Origin: Escherichia phage vB_EcoM_JE01 | Strand: one strand, 5' to 3' | Sequence record: PQ471460.1 | Length of the DNA: 64,000 nucleotides | Shown: in pieces, positions 40,568 to 50,247 of the stretch | Layout: each line of letters begins with the position of its first letter | Position numbering within the stretch: position 1 is the stretch's first letter | The notes under the pieces: model-generated | Told to the model about the DNA's origin: nothing | The model's database searches: none | The model's input: only the letters and a program-made list of their open reading frames with translations | Position numbers and translations under genes: made by a program

Positions 40568-41458
40568 ATGTCAGTAGTAATTAATAATGTCAATGCAGTA
40601 ATTAAATCTTTAGTTAATAAAAAAATGATGAATGAATGGACTGTACTTCGTCGTGGAGAGCCAGATAAATTTTTTCATAGATTTAACCCAACTTTGGATT
40701 TGAATGTTATTGATAAAGATGTTCATGCCGAAATTTTAGATAAGTTTAAAGTTGATATTGGATTTGGATTAGAAAAACATTTACAGCGAACAAATGGATC
40801 TGGAATGAGTTTATCTAATCGCATTATGAAAGCCCTTAATAAAATTGGAGCATTGTCTCGTATTAACGCGAGTGAAATCCTTCGTAATTATAATAAAGGA
40901 TATGACCTTTATGGTCGACTAATGCCGAAGTTATCATTTGACCAAATGATAGCAGATTTGTGGGAAAATCAACGACGATTATTAGCATTAGGCGCTCGAT
41001 TAGCTAAAGGTCTAGATAAACAAATGATTTTTAAGACCAATAATACAGAAGACCTTAAATGCTTTAAATTTAGTATTCGCGGAGATGATTATTATATCAG
41101 AGCTCGCTCTACAGATTATGTTAATATGGGGCATCATCTCTGTTTAGCTTTTGAAGTTTTAAAAGAAGCTGGAACATTAGAATATTCATCTGGTGCAAAA
41201 TGCCCTATCGGTTCAAGTTGTATTTTAATTTATCGCCCGAATGAATCCAGTTCAACTACATTGCCTATGAAACCTGCGCCAGTTCGTAGTAACGAAAAAC
41301 ATTCTGAACAAATTGATTATTTTAATAAACAGATTGAAGAGCTGAATATTTCTATTCAACAATATGACGATGAAATTTTCAGACTATCTGGATTGAGTAG
41401 TAAAGCTAAATCTGAGCGTGAAAAGTTAATTAAAATCGTTGATTTACTTAAATCTTAA
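40568..41458 (+). CDS. hypothetical protein, member 1 of four-gene tandem paralog array (C-terminal coiled coil)
   Basis: Track start 40532; ATG 40568 after GAGG SD; C-terminus ...IEELNISIQQYDDEIFRLSGLSSKAKSEREKLIKIVDLLKS. Confidence 0.5.
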   Translation: MSVVINNVNAVIKSLVNKKMMNEWTVLRRGEPDKFFHRFNPTLDLNVIDKDVHAEILDKFKVDIGFGLEKHLQRTNGSGMSLSNRIMKALNKIGALSRINASEILRNYNKGYDLYGRLMPKLSFDQMIADLWENQRRLLALGARLAKGLDKQMIFKTNNTEDLKCFKFSIRGDDYYIRARSTDYVNMGHHLCLAFEVLKEAGTLEYSSGAKCPIGSSCILIYRPNESSSTTLPMKPAPVRSNEKHSEQIDYFNKQIEELNISIQQYDDEIFRLSGLSSKAKSEREKLIKIVDLLKS

Positions 41459-41466
41459 GGAATACC

Positions 41467-42495
41467 ATGAAAACTCGTTCTCAAATTGAAGATATGGTTC
41501 GTAATGCCAGTTATACTCGTGATGTTATGACATTTTTGTGTGAAAATAATTTAGACCCTGATAAAGTTAATCGTGTTATTCATCACTTTAAGTATACGAA
41601 TAGCAGTGAATGGGTGCGTAATTTTAGTAAAGCGGGATATATTACACAAATGACTGCTCGTGAGCAGCTCACCGATTTCTGTAAAACTATTGATTATAAA
41701 AATCCTTTATTTGTTCAAGGCGTTGGTCAAAGTAAGGTCGATTTATCATCTGGATTTTTCAATCCAAATCATTATCGTATTGAATGGAGATTTATTGCTC
41801 TGTTCCGTAGACAATTAAAGCAAATTTTATCAACTGCGAGTCGATTAAAAGGTTCTGATATTAACTTAAAGAACTTGAAATTTGATGGTTATACTCTTCA
41901 GATGGAAGTAAGACCATTAAAAGAAAATAACAGAACTGCACGAATTAGCTTTAAACCTAATACAAAAAATTCTCTTTCAATTTGCGAATGCCTTAAATCA
42001 CAGTTGACAGAAGCATTTAAGTATATGGATGTTGTTGCCGCTGTTCAGTCTAAGATTTTACCTCGTTTTGAGCGAAATTGGGAACATACAACAACGTATG
42101 AACTTGATATGATCGTTTCATTTAAATACGATTTTTTGAGAAAGGACGAAGTCACGCAAGAGAAAAAGCAGGAAGTGCAAGATAACTTAAATTTAAATTT
42201 ATCCAATTACTCATCAAACGATCCTAAATTTTGGATGTATAGCTCAAGCAATATAGATGCATGTAAACTTAATAAAGTGAGTTTTCTTCCTACTGAAAAT
42301 TCAAATTTTAAACCTGTAGAAAAATGGCACGCTGACGCGATTGAGAAGTCTCTTAAGGCAGTAGATGATGAACTCGTTAAAGCGACCAATGAAGTGCTAG
42401 AAGCTGAAAAGGTGTTAGAACAAGCTCAGTCAAGGGTTCAAAATCTGACAAAGCAACGTTCTAAACTGAACAATGCACTAAATGCACTGAACTAG
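41467..42495 (+). CDS. hypothetical protein, member 2 of tandem paralog array
   Basis: 342 aa; begins MKTR; C-terminal coiled coil ...EVLEAEKVLEQAQSRVQNLTKQRSKLNNALNALN. Confidence 0.55.
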   Translation: MKTRSQIEDMVRNASYTRDVMTFLCENNLDPDKVNRVIHHFKYTNSSEWVRNFSKAGYITQMTAREQLTDFCKTIDYKNPLFVQGVGQSKVDLSSGFFNPNHYRIEWRFIALFRRQLKQILSTASRLKGSDINLKNLKFDGYTLQMEVRPLKENNRTARISFKPNTKNSLSICECLKSQLTEAFKYMDVVAAVQSKILPRFERNWEHTTTYELDMIVSFKYDFLRKDEVTQEKKQEVQDNLNLNLSNYSSNDPKFWMYSSSNIDACKLNKVSFLPTENSNFKPVEKWHADAIEKSLKAVDDELVKATNEVLEAEKVLEQAQSRVQNLTKQRSKLNNALNALN

Positions 42496-42525
42496 TTTAC
42501 TTTGCCACAAGGATGTGGTATAATG
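42495..42525 (+). promoter_or_regulatory. T4-type early promoter inside the paralog array
   Basis: GTTTAC 42495-42500; TGTGGTATAAT 42515-42525. Confidence 0.6.
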
Positions 42526-42552
42526 TTCTTACTTTCTACTGAGGAGATTAAT

Positions 42553-43554
42553 ATGACTCGTAACGAATATATCAAATCATTCAATAGTGTTATTGATGAT
42601 AAAGCTATACCGATGTTTGGTCAAAATAGCGTTATTTCTATTATCAATCAATGGCTCAATAGTGTTGATGCAAGTATTGTTTCTTCTGCTAAATTTATTC
42701 ATGAAATTCGTAAAATTTCTAGCCGTGTAGATAAAGATGTTATCAAGAAAACCTTTAAAGAGTCTCGTCTTCTTTCATATTTGGTTAATCGAGATATTCT
42801 TGGTAATTTTGGGAAAGAAATTAAACGAACCAAAGATGTAGTAGGATATAATTGGTTCGGTGATGTTAATTCTTATCATCTTAATAATAAAGAAGACCCT
42901 GAGAATATTTTTACTCGTCGTTGGATTAGTAATTTCAGACTTTTCAAAAAGCAAATTCTAAAATCAGCTTCTAAATTATGCTATGGCGATTATCGTCAAA
43001 TTCATCCTTGGGCTTCTGATATGATTATCATAAAAGAATATGAGCTTGATAAAAATAAAGCAGCTATTTTTGTGAATTATGAATTTTTTACACCAGACGC
43101 TAACCAAAAGAATATTAATAAATTTTTCTCAATTGCTAGCACTATAACTCGTCAATTAGAAACCGCATTACTTTGTATGGAAACAGTAGAAAATATTCAT
43201 ACTTATCCTTTTAAGAATGTGTGCGGTTGGGAAGGATACAAAATTGTAGTTAGTCTTCGTGAAGTAAAGTGTGCTTATTCACTAACTGATAAAGAAATTT
43301 ACCAACAAAAATGCGAAGAAATTGTGAATACTCCTAAAGAAGAAACTACCCTTGAGGAACTAATGGATAATCTTGATGATTCACCTGAATCGGTAGAAAT
43401 TCGTCCAGAAGTTATTGCATTAGAAAAAGCTTATAAAGAAGCTCTAGAAATTTCTAATAAAGCGCAGAAAGAATATGAGCAGGCTAAAAGGATTTGGGAA
43501 GAATCTGTTAATCGCCTGGATCGTCTTGAACAAGCTTTACAGTTAATTAAGTAA
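42553..43554 (+). CDS. hypothetical protein, member 3 of tandem paralog array
   Basis: ATG 42553 after GAGGAG SD (track start 42502 lies in the promoter); C-terminus ...KEYEQAKRIWEESVNRLDRLEQALQLIK. Confidence 0.55.
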   Translation: MTRNEYIKSFNSVIDDKAIPMFGQNSVISIINQWLNSVDASIVSSAKFIHEIRKISSRVDKDVIKKTFKESRLLSYLVNRDILGNFGKEIKRTKDVVGYNWFGDVNSYHLNNKEDPENIFTRRWISNFRLFKKQILKSASKLCYGDYRQIHPWASDMIIIKEYELDKNKAAIFVNYEFFTPDANQKNINKFFSIASTITRQLETALLCMETVENIHTYPFKNVCGWEGYKIVVSLREVKCAYSLTDKEIYQQKCEEIVNTPKEETTLEELMDNLDDSPESVEIRPEVIALEKAYKEALEISNKAQKEYEQAKRIWEESVNRLDRLEQALQLIK

Positions 43555-43606
43555 TTTAAAGCCAAGGATGGCTCGGAGTATAAATCATTAACTAAGTGAG
43601 AAGAAC

Positions 43607-44536
43607 ATGAAAACTCGTAAACATTATATTGATTATTTTGACAGTCTTATTACTAAACATCGTAATTATCAGATCGGGCACAGAGCAGTAATCAATAATA
43701 TTCTTCGTGATTTCCTTCAATATGTTGGCCAGGAAAATCATATCTGTAAAGATACTCAAAACGCTTATTCTCATTCGTTAGGCAATTTGCTTCAATGGTT
43801 TAAACGTTCTCGTCTGTTATCTTCTACTGTAGCTAGTGATAACATTAAAAACTTTATGAAGCCGAGCTTCATTAAATCTGCGACATCTATAACCGATTTG
43901 GTTGAATTTACTATTGTTAACGATGTTAAAAAGACCCATTTGGCTGATTGGTTATCTACCATTCCTGAAACTAAATTTGCTGATAAATTCGCTTGTCAAT
44001 TCAATGACCAAGTGAATATGCTTTTTAAGCATGCTCGTAAACTATTTACTGCAGGTGATGACCGTACAAATACAGTTCATGTTAAGGACTGGGTTATTGC
44101 TGATGAAGTAACACACAAGCCAGGTGGTTCATCAGTATTAATTAATATCCAGGTTCCTTATTATTACTCACGTAATCTCGGCACCATGACAGCTAGAGAA
44201 ATTAATAAGCACAACAAAACTATTCGTTCGTTGTCTTATAAACTCTGCACGATGGTGGAGATGATGGACGTAGTTGAAATGTATGACGAAACCGAAGATA
44301 ATGGTTCAATGCTGTACAGTTCACGCATTCTAATTAAACTGAAGAACCCTAATACATATAAGCCAGTTGTAAAAGAACCTAAAGTAGAAAAGATTGATAA
44401 CCTGAGTGAAGAACGCGAATATCTTAATACACGTTTAATTGAAGTTGAAAAACAGATTGAAGAGCATACTAAAGTTCTTAAGGCTTTAACCGCCAAAGCA
44501 AATGGTTTACGTAATGCTATTGAGGTATTGAAATGA
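43607..44536 (+). CDS. hypothetical protein, member 4 of tandem paralog array
   Basis: 309 aa; begins MKTR; C-terminus ...[24 protein letters not shown]. Confidence 0.55.
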   Translation: MKTRKHYIDYFDSLITKHRNYQIGHRAVINNILRDFLQYVGQENHICKDTQNAYSHSLGNLLQWFKRSRLLSSTVASDNIKNFMKPSFIKSATSITDLVEFTIVNDVKKTHLADWLSTIPETKFADKFACQFNDQVNMLFKHARKLFTAGDDRTNTVHVKDWVIADEVTHKPGGSSVLINIQVPYYYSRNLGTMTAREINKHNKTIRSLSYKLCTMVEMMDVVEMYDETEDNGSMLYSSRILIKLKNPNTYKPVVKEPKVEKIDNLSEEREYLNTRLIEVEKQIEEHTKVLKALTAKANGLRNAIEVLK

Positions 44537-44850
44537 AAAAGCGCTTATTAGAAGATATTGCAGCTTCAAGTAATTCCAGTCTAATTAAAATTATTATGGC
44601 TGGTGAAGAAGACGATTTAGAAATGCGTGGAAAGATTCATGGCTGTGACGATCTAGACTTTAAACCTCCTGCTTGGGATGCCATTATGGTTATGGTTGAA
44701 CGCCGCGAAAGGGCTTCTAAGAATGTTCCGAACTGCCCAAAATGTGGTACTGAACAGGTCCAATTGATTAACTGGCGTAAACCAGAGCTTGAATATAAAT
44801 GTCGTCATTGCAAACACCGATTTAACCGAGAAGAAAATGACCAAGCGTAA
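44533..44850 (+). CDS. zinc-ribbon protein, hypothetical
   Basis: 105 aa; CPKCG...CRHCKH. Confidence 0.5.
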
Positions 44851-45079
44851 AGAATATATGGAGACTGCTGAAAAGGCAGTCCGTGAATTAGCAATAGCTT
44901 ATTATAATGAACATGGTAAATTTCCTGATAGATACAGCGTGCTTAAATCTGCTTTAACCCGTTCATATAAAAATATGCTATCAGAAGTAAGTGATATTAT
45001 ATACAAACATAAAGAACAAACGGGCCAAAGTCTTGATTACGACGAGACTTTTAAACAAGTACTAGGAATTAAGGAATAA
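44837..45079 (+). CDS. hypothetical protein
   Basis: Track start 44789 is TTG; first ATG 44837 (alternative 44858). Confidence 0.4.
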
Positions 45080-45080
45080 T

Positions 45081-45344
45081 ATGTTTAAAGTATATGGTTA
45101 TGATAGCAATATCCATAAATGTGTATATTGTGATAATGCAAAACGTCTTTTGACTGTGAAGAAACAGCCGTTTGAATTTATCAACATTATGCCGGAAAAA
45201 GGTGTTTTTGATGATGAGAAAATCGCTGAGCTTCTGACTAAACTGGGTCGTGATACTCAAATCGGATTGACGATGCCTCAGGTATTTGCTCCTGACGGAA
45301 GTCATATTGGTGGATTTGACCAATTGCGGGAATACTTTAAATGA
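45081..45344 (+). CDS. nrdC: thioredoxin/glutaredoxin NrdC
   Basis: 87 aa; MFKVYGYDSNIHKCVYCDNAKRLL... CVYC redox motif; matches T4 NrdC. Confidence 0.9.
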   Translation: MFKVYGYDSNIHKCVYCDNAKRLLTVKKQPFEFINIMPEKGVFDDEKIAELLTKLGRDTQIGLTMPQVFAPDGSHIGGFDQLREYFK

Positions 45345-45556
45345 TGCTTGAAGGAACTGATTATATCCATGACTACCGCGGAAGCGCGGTATATGTGGGT
45401 GATGAGGTTGCAGTTTATTATGGGTATGGAACTTTGATGACAGCAAAGGTTATTCAAATTAAAAATAATCGTGCTAAACTCGAAGTTTATTATTCTAATG
45501 GTGAAAAGTCTATTTCTAAATGGAAATACGGCGATTGCATGGTCAAACTGGGGTAA
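45341..45556 (+). CDS. hypothetical protein
   Basis: 71 aa; ATGA coupling to nrdC. Confidence 0.5.
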   Translation: MMLEGTDYIHDYRGSAVYVGDEVAVYYGYGTLMTAKVIQIKNNRAKLEVYYSNGEKSISKWKYGDCMVKLG

Positions 45557-45557
45557 A

Positions 45558-45729
45558 TATGATTTACGATATTAGTGTATCAAGAACTCCGTCAATGGTT
45601 ACTATTCCAGCTGAAGAATTAGATCGTCTTCAGAAAATTGAAGAGCTTCTTTGGGAAATTGAATCTGATTTGCCATCAGGATTAGAATCCTGGATTGATT
45701 ATGAAGAACTTAATAAATTGCGAAATTAA
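45558..45729 (+). CDS. hypothetical protein
   Basis: ATG 45558 one nt after previous stop (track ATG 45520 overlaps). Confidence 0.4.
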
Positions 45730-45739
45730 TTGGTGAAAA

Positions 45740-46060
45740 ATGAATATTGAAAATAAATTAGATGTTGATGCAGTTCTGAGTGAAATCATCGAAGACCATG
45801 ATGCATTTTCAGAAAATTATGATTTCGATTTTTCGGATTATCTTAAACCTATCGAAATAGAAGACTGGGTGCAAGACGGTAAATGTCAATATCGTCAGTG
45901 TGTTTATTTTAGTCCAAAACATAACGTACATGTTTCCGTAAATGAATGCCGTTCAGGTTCTTACCATTCTGACTGGTATTATGCAGTTCCGACTGTTGAA
46001 CTAGTCGAGCCCCGTGAACGTGTAGTAACTCAAACAATACGAGAATGGATTACGCTATAA
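45740..46060 (+). CDS. hypothetical protein
   Basis: 106 aa. Confidence 0.5.
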   Translation: MNIENKLDVDAVLSEIIEDHDAFSENYDFDFSDYLKPIEIEDWVQDGKCQYRQCVYFSPKHNVHVSVNECRSGSYHSDWYYAVPTVELVEPRERVVTQTIREWITL

Positions 46061-46183
46061 AACCTTGGTGGGCGGCTAGATGGGAAACAGTAGAGCCAGA
46101 GCCGGAAGAACCGGTTTACACTGATGAAGAAACAGTATATAATGAACCTACAATAAATGACATAATTGATATGGAGATGGGAC

Positions 46184-46630
46184 ATGATTACAGTAGATAA
46201 GTGGTTTAGAATTAATCGTGCTGATAAAGGGCTATGTAATTATTGGCCAGAACTTAGTGCAGGTACTGTCTTTAAAGTTCGTGAACTCGCAAAAGAATGC
46301 GAAGATGATATAGAACCTGATACTGGAATTATTGAAATTGAACTTTCTGATGGAAAGATTATTAACATCTACGATAAGCCAATTACGTATTGGTGCTTGT
46401 GGAATACTGAATCAGTAGAAAATGGCGAAATTGAAGAAGTTGTAGAACGAGTTGATCAAGCTATTCATAAACCTAAAGCCGCTTTTCAAGGTGAACGCAT
46501 TTCATATGCATTAGCTAAATTAGCTGCGCAAGAAAACAACGATGGTTATGAAGGAAATTTGATGCAAGCTGCGGCAGAATATATTGAATGGCTTGAAACT
46601 CAAATTTCTTTTTCTGACCGAGCATTTTAA
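46184..46630 (+). CDS. hypothetical protein
   Basis: ATG 46184 after GGAGATGGG SD (track ATG 46166 also possible). Confidence 0.45.
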   Translation: MITVDKWFRINRADKGLCNYWPELSAGTVFKVRELAKECEDDIEPDTGIIEIELSDGKIINIYDKPITYWCLWNTESVENGEIEEVVERVDQAIHKPKAAFQGERISYALAKLAAQENNDGYEGNLMQAAAEYIEWLETQISFSDRAF

Positions 46631-46806
46631 TGAAAACTGAATTGATTTATACTGAAAAGTTAAATGGTGGTAAGGTTTGGAAACTTTTTATTAAAGGAAA
46701 TTCTACAGACCCTAATATGACCACTTGTGTAGGAACTTATTCTCGTCCTACTAAAAAGATGATTCGACAATATAAGCGATTGCATCGAATGTTTTACAAT
46801 ACTTGA
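46630..46806 (+). CDS. hypothetical small protein (58 aa), not in ORF track
   Basis: TAATG overlap with upstream stop; MKTELIYTEKLNGGKVWKLFIKGNSTDPNMTTCVGTYSRPTKK... Confidence 0.4.
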   Translation: MKTELIYTEKLNGGKVWKLFIKGNSTDPNMTTCVGTYSRPTKKMIRQYKRLHRMFYNT

Positions 46807-46810
46807 AAAT

Positions 46811-46847
46811 AATAAATACCCTTATCTATTCAAGGTAAGGGTTTTAT
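46811..46847 (+). promoter_or_regulatory. gene 49 leader: late-promoter-like box plus hairpin that sequesters the SD
   Basis: AATAAATA 46811-46818; stem CCCTTA (46819-46824) pairs with TAAGGG (46836-46841), which contains the SD 8 nt before ATG 46849; then TTTTATT. Confidence 0.55.
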
Positions 46848-46848
46848 T

Positions 46849-47322
46849 ATGTTATTGACTGGCAAATTATACAAAGAAGAAAAACAAAAATTTTATAATG
46901 CACAAAACGGTAAATGCTTAATTTGCCAACGAGAACTAAATCCTGATGTTCAAGCTAATCACCTCGACCATGACCATGAATTAAATGGACCAAAAGCAGG
47001 AAAGGTACGTGGATTGCTTTGTAATCTCTGCAATGCTGCAGAAGGTCAAATGAAACACAAATTTAATCGTTCTGGCTTAAAGGGACAAGGTGTTGATTAT
47101 CTTGAATGGTTAGAAAATTTACTTACTTATTTAAAATCCGATTACACCCAAAATAATATTCACCCTAACTTTGTTGGAGATAAATCAAAGGAATTTTCCC
47201 GTTTAGGAAAAGAGGAAATGATGGCTGAGATGCTTCAAAGAGGATTTGAATATAATGAATCTGACACTAAAACACAATTAATAGCTTCATTTAAGAAGCA
47301 GCTTAGAAAGAGTTTAAAATGA
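46849..47322 (+). CDS. 49: endonuclease VII (Holliday junction resolvase)
   Basis: 157 aa; zinc site CLICQ...CNLCN; matches T4 gp49. Confidence 0.9.
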   Translation: MLLTGKLYKEEKQKFYNAQNGKCLICQRELNPDVQANHLDHDHELNGPKAGKVRGLLCNLCNAAEGQMKHKFNRSGLKGQGVDYLEWLENLLTYLKSDYTQNNIHPNFVGDKSKEFSRLGKEEMMAEMLQRGFEYNESDTKTQLIASFKKQLRKSLK

Positions 47323-49136
47323 CAATTGAAAAAGAAATTGAAGGATTGATTCATAAAACTAATAAAGACCTTTTAAACGAGAATGCTAATAAAGATTCTC
47401 GTGTTTTTCCAACTCAACGGGACCTTATGGCTGGTATTGTGTCTAAACACATTGCCAAAAATATGGTCCCGTCTTTTATTATGAAAGCGCATGAAAGCGG
47501 AATTATCCATTTCCATGATATTGATTATTCCCCTGCTCTTCCATTTACTAATTGCTGTTTAGTAGATTTAAAAGGAATGCTTGAAAACGGATTTAAGCTA
47601 GGTAATGCACAGATTGAAACCCCCAAATCAATTGGCGTTGCTACTGCAATTATGGCACAAATTACTGCACAGGTTGCTTCCCATCAATATGGCGGAACGA
47701 CCTTTGCGAATGTAGATAAAGTACTTTCTCCTTATGTTAAACGCACCTATGCAAAACATATTGAGGACGCAGAAAAATGGCAAATCGCAGATGCATTGAA
47801 TTATGCCCAATCTAAAACAGAAAAAGACGTATACGATGCATTCCAAGCTTATGAATATGAAGTAAATACTCTCTTTAGTTCAAACGGACAAACGCCTTTT
47901 GTAACAATTACATTTGGCACGGGAACTGACTGGACTGAACGAATGATTCAGAAAGCAATTCTGAAAAATCGTATTAAAGGTCTTGGTCGTGATGGGATAA
48001 CTCCTATTTTCCCTAAGCTTGTTATGTTCGTTGAAGAAGGTGTTAATCTTTACAAAGACGATCCGAACTATGATATTAAGCAACTTGCCCTAGAGTGTGC
48101 AAGTAAAAGAATGTATCCTGATATTATTTCAGTTAAGAATAATAAAGCTATCACAGGTTCATCTATTCCTGTTTCTCCAATGGGTTGCCGTAGTTTCTTG
48201 GGCGTATGGAAAGATTCGACTGGTAATGAAATTCTTGATGGACGTAATAATCTTGGCGTTGTAACATTGAATCTTCCCCGTATTGCGTTAGATTCTTATA
48301 TTGGAACACAGTTCAATGAACAGAAATTTGCCGAATTGTTCAATGAACGAATGGATTTATGTTTTGAAGCATTGATGTGTAGAATCAGTTCCTTAAAAGG
48401 AGTTAAAGCGACTGTTGCTCCTATTCTTTACCAAGAAGGTGCATTCGGGGTTCGTCTTAAACCTGATGACGATATAATTGAGTTATTTAAAAACGGTAGA
48501 AGTTCAGTGTCTTTGGGATACATTGGTATTCACGAATTGAATATTCTTGTCGGTCGTGATATTGGACAGGAAATTTTAACTAAAATGAATGCTCGTCTTA
48601 AGCAGTGGACTGAAAGAACTGGTTTTGCTTTTAGCTTGTATTCTACACCTGCTGAAAACCTTTGTTATCGCTTCTGTAAACTTGATACTGAGAAATATGG
48701 AAGTGTAAAGGATGTTACCGATAAAGGCTGGTACACTAACAGTTTCCACGTTTCGGTAGAAGAAAATATTACTCCATTTGAAAAGATTTCTCGCGAAGCC
48801 CCATATCATTTCATTGCGACAGGTGGTCACATTTCTTATGTTGAACTTCCTGATATGAAAAATAACCTAAAAGGTCTTGAGGCTGTATGGGATTATGCTG
48901 CACAACATTTAGATTATTTTGGTGTTAACATGCCAGTAGATAAATGTTTTACATGCGGAAGTACCCATGAAATGACTCCTACTGAAAACGGATTTGTTTG
49001 TTCTATTTGTGGAGAAACTGATCCTAAAAAGATGAACACAATAAGAAGAACTTGTGGTTATTTGGGAAATCCGAATGAACGCGGATTTAATCTCGGCAAA
49101 AATAAAGAAATCATGCATAGGGTTAAACACCAATGA
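47319..49136 (+). CDS. nrdD: anaerobic ribonucleoside-triphosphate reductase, uninterrupted
   Basis: 605 aa single ORF; C-terminal zinc ribbon CFTCGSTHEMTPTENGFVCSICGETD and glycyl-radical region RTCGYLG. Confidence 0.9.
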   Translation: MTIEKEIEGLIHKTNKDLLNENANKDSRVFPTQRDLMAGIVSKHIAKNMVPSFIMKAHESGIIHFHDIDYSPALPFTNCCLVDLKGMLENGFKLGNAQIETPKSIGVATAIMAQITAQVASHQYGGTTFANVDKVLSPYVKRTYAKHIEDAEKWQIADALNYAQSKTEKDVYDAFQAYEYEVNTLFSSNGQTPFVTITFGTGTDWTERMIQKAILKNRIKGLGRDGITPIFPKLVMFVEEGVNLYKDDPNYDIKQLALECASKRMYPDIISVKNNKAITGSSIPVSPMGCRSFLGVWKDSTGNEILDGRNNLGVVTLNLPRIALDSYIGTQFNEQKFAELFNERMDLCFEALMCRISSLKGVKATVAPILYQEGAFGVRLKPDDDIIELFKNGRSSVSLGYIGIHELNILVGRDIGQEILTKMNARLKQWTERTGFAFSLYSTPAENLCYRFCKLDTEKYGSVKDVTDKGWYTNSFHVSVEENITPFEKISREAPYHFIATGGHISYVELPDMKNNLKGLEAVWDYAAQHLDYFGVNMPVDKCFTCGSTHEMTPTENGFVCSICGETDPKKMNTIRRTCGYLGNPNERGFNLGKNKEIMHRVKHQ

Positions 49137-49603
49137 ATTACGATAGATTTTATCCCTGCGATTTTGTGAATGGCCCTGGATGCAGGGTCGTTCTTTTCGT
49201 TACAGGTTGTTTGCATAAATGCGAAGGGTGTTATAATAAATCAACGTGGAATGCTAGAAATGGCGTTCCATTCACTGGTGAAACACTGGAACAATTAATT
49301 AAATGTTTGAATAATGATTATATAGAAGGATTAACTATAACTGGAGGAGACCCTCTTTATCCTGATAACCGAGATGTTGTTCATTGCATTGTTCAAACAG
49401 TAAAAAATCTTTATCCGAATAAAAGCATTTGGTTGTGGACAGGATATAAGTTTGAAGATATTAAACAACTAGAAATGCTTAAATATGTTGATGTTATTAT
49501 TGATGGGAAGTATGAGAAAAATCTTCCGACCAAAAAGCTGTGGCGAGGATCAGATAATCAGCGACTTTGGTCAAATACCGATGGGGTGTGGAAACATGAT
49601 TAA
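49133..49603 (+). CDS. nrdG: anaerobic RNR activating enzyme (radical SAM)
   Basis: 156 aa; radical-SAM cysteine motif CLHKCEGCYN; ATGA overlap with nrdD. Confidence 0.9.
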   Translation: MNYDRFYPCDFVNGPGCRVVLFVTGCLHKCEGCYNKSTWNARNGVPFTGETLEQLIKCLNNDYIEGLTITGGDPLYPDNRDVVHCIVQTVKNLYPNKSIWLWTGYKFEDIKQLEMLKYVDVIIDGKYEKNLPTKKLWRGSDNQRLWSNTDGVWKHD

Positions 49604-49717
49604 ATTGAATTATATTATAGACACTATAAATGATATGATTTTTCATTTTGGTCCAGAATTTTATTCGCAGTATAGTTTAGTACTTATCAATGCTTGGTTA
49701 ATCAATTAAGGGTAAAT

Positions 49718-49933
49718 ATGTATAAATTTCGTAAAGGTTTAGCTGATTTTCTTACAACTGTAACATTCTTTTTGTTTATGGCAGTTGGAGCTATTTTTCT
49801 TATTCCTTTTATTGCTATATTTTTCGTGATTAGCTTAATTTCTCCAGAAAAAGGACTATCTTCTAGCGAGTTCAATGAGCGTCTGGATAAAATTACTAAC
49901 AAACTGAATGCTGTTCTTGATAAAAAGGCTTAA
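49718..49933 (+). CDS. hypothetical membrane protein
   Basis: ATG 49718 after AAGGG SD (track start 49694 is TTG); TM helix TVTFFLFMAVGAIFLIPFIAIFFVISLI. Confidence 0.5.
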   Translation: MYKFRKGLADFLTTVTFFLFMAVGAIFLIPFIAIFFVISLISPEKGLSSSEFNERLDKITNKLNAVLDKKA

Positions 49934-49935
49934 TT

Positions 49936-50247
49936 ATGATTAGTTTTGAGCGGTATGTGGTAGAGAGTTGGAAGGGTTTTGATATGTTCGGTAATGACTA
50001 TTATTTCTATGAATGTAGTCTAAATCCTAGTTTTTGGGCTGGACGAGAACGAGAACTTGAAGAAATTAATAACCGCGCTGAATTGTTAGGTGAATTACCT
50101 ACGGTTTATTTTACCTTTGATGCATCTGGATTTGTTATCCAGGTTTATTTTCCTGAAGAAAATTCTGGCGATGATTCTGTTAACCCGCCATACTGGGCTT
50201 ATCAAGGAATTATTTCTCGTGGAACAAAACTCGAACTTAAAGAATAA
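49936..50247 (+). CDS. hypothetical protein
   Basis: 103 aa. Confidence 0.5.
   Translation: MISFERYVVESWKGFDMFGNDYYFYECSLNPSFWAGRERELEEINNRAELLGELPTVYFTFDASGFVIQVYFPEENSGDDSVNPPYWAYQGIISRGTKLELKE

Noticed and set aside
49485-49709. ORF 49485-49709 (+) overlapping the 3' end of nrdG
   Set aside because: Out of frame within the conserved radical-SAM activase gene; no ribosome-binding site; low-complexity translation.
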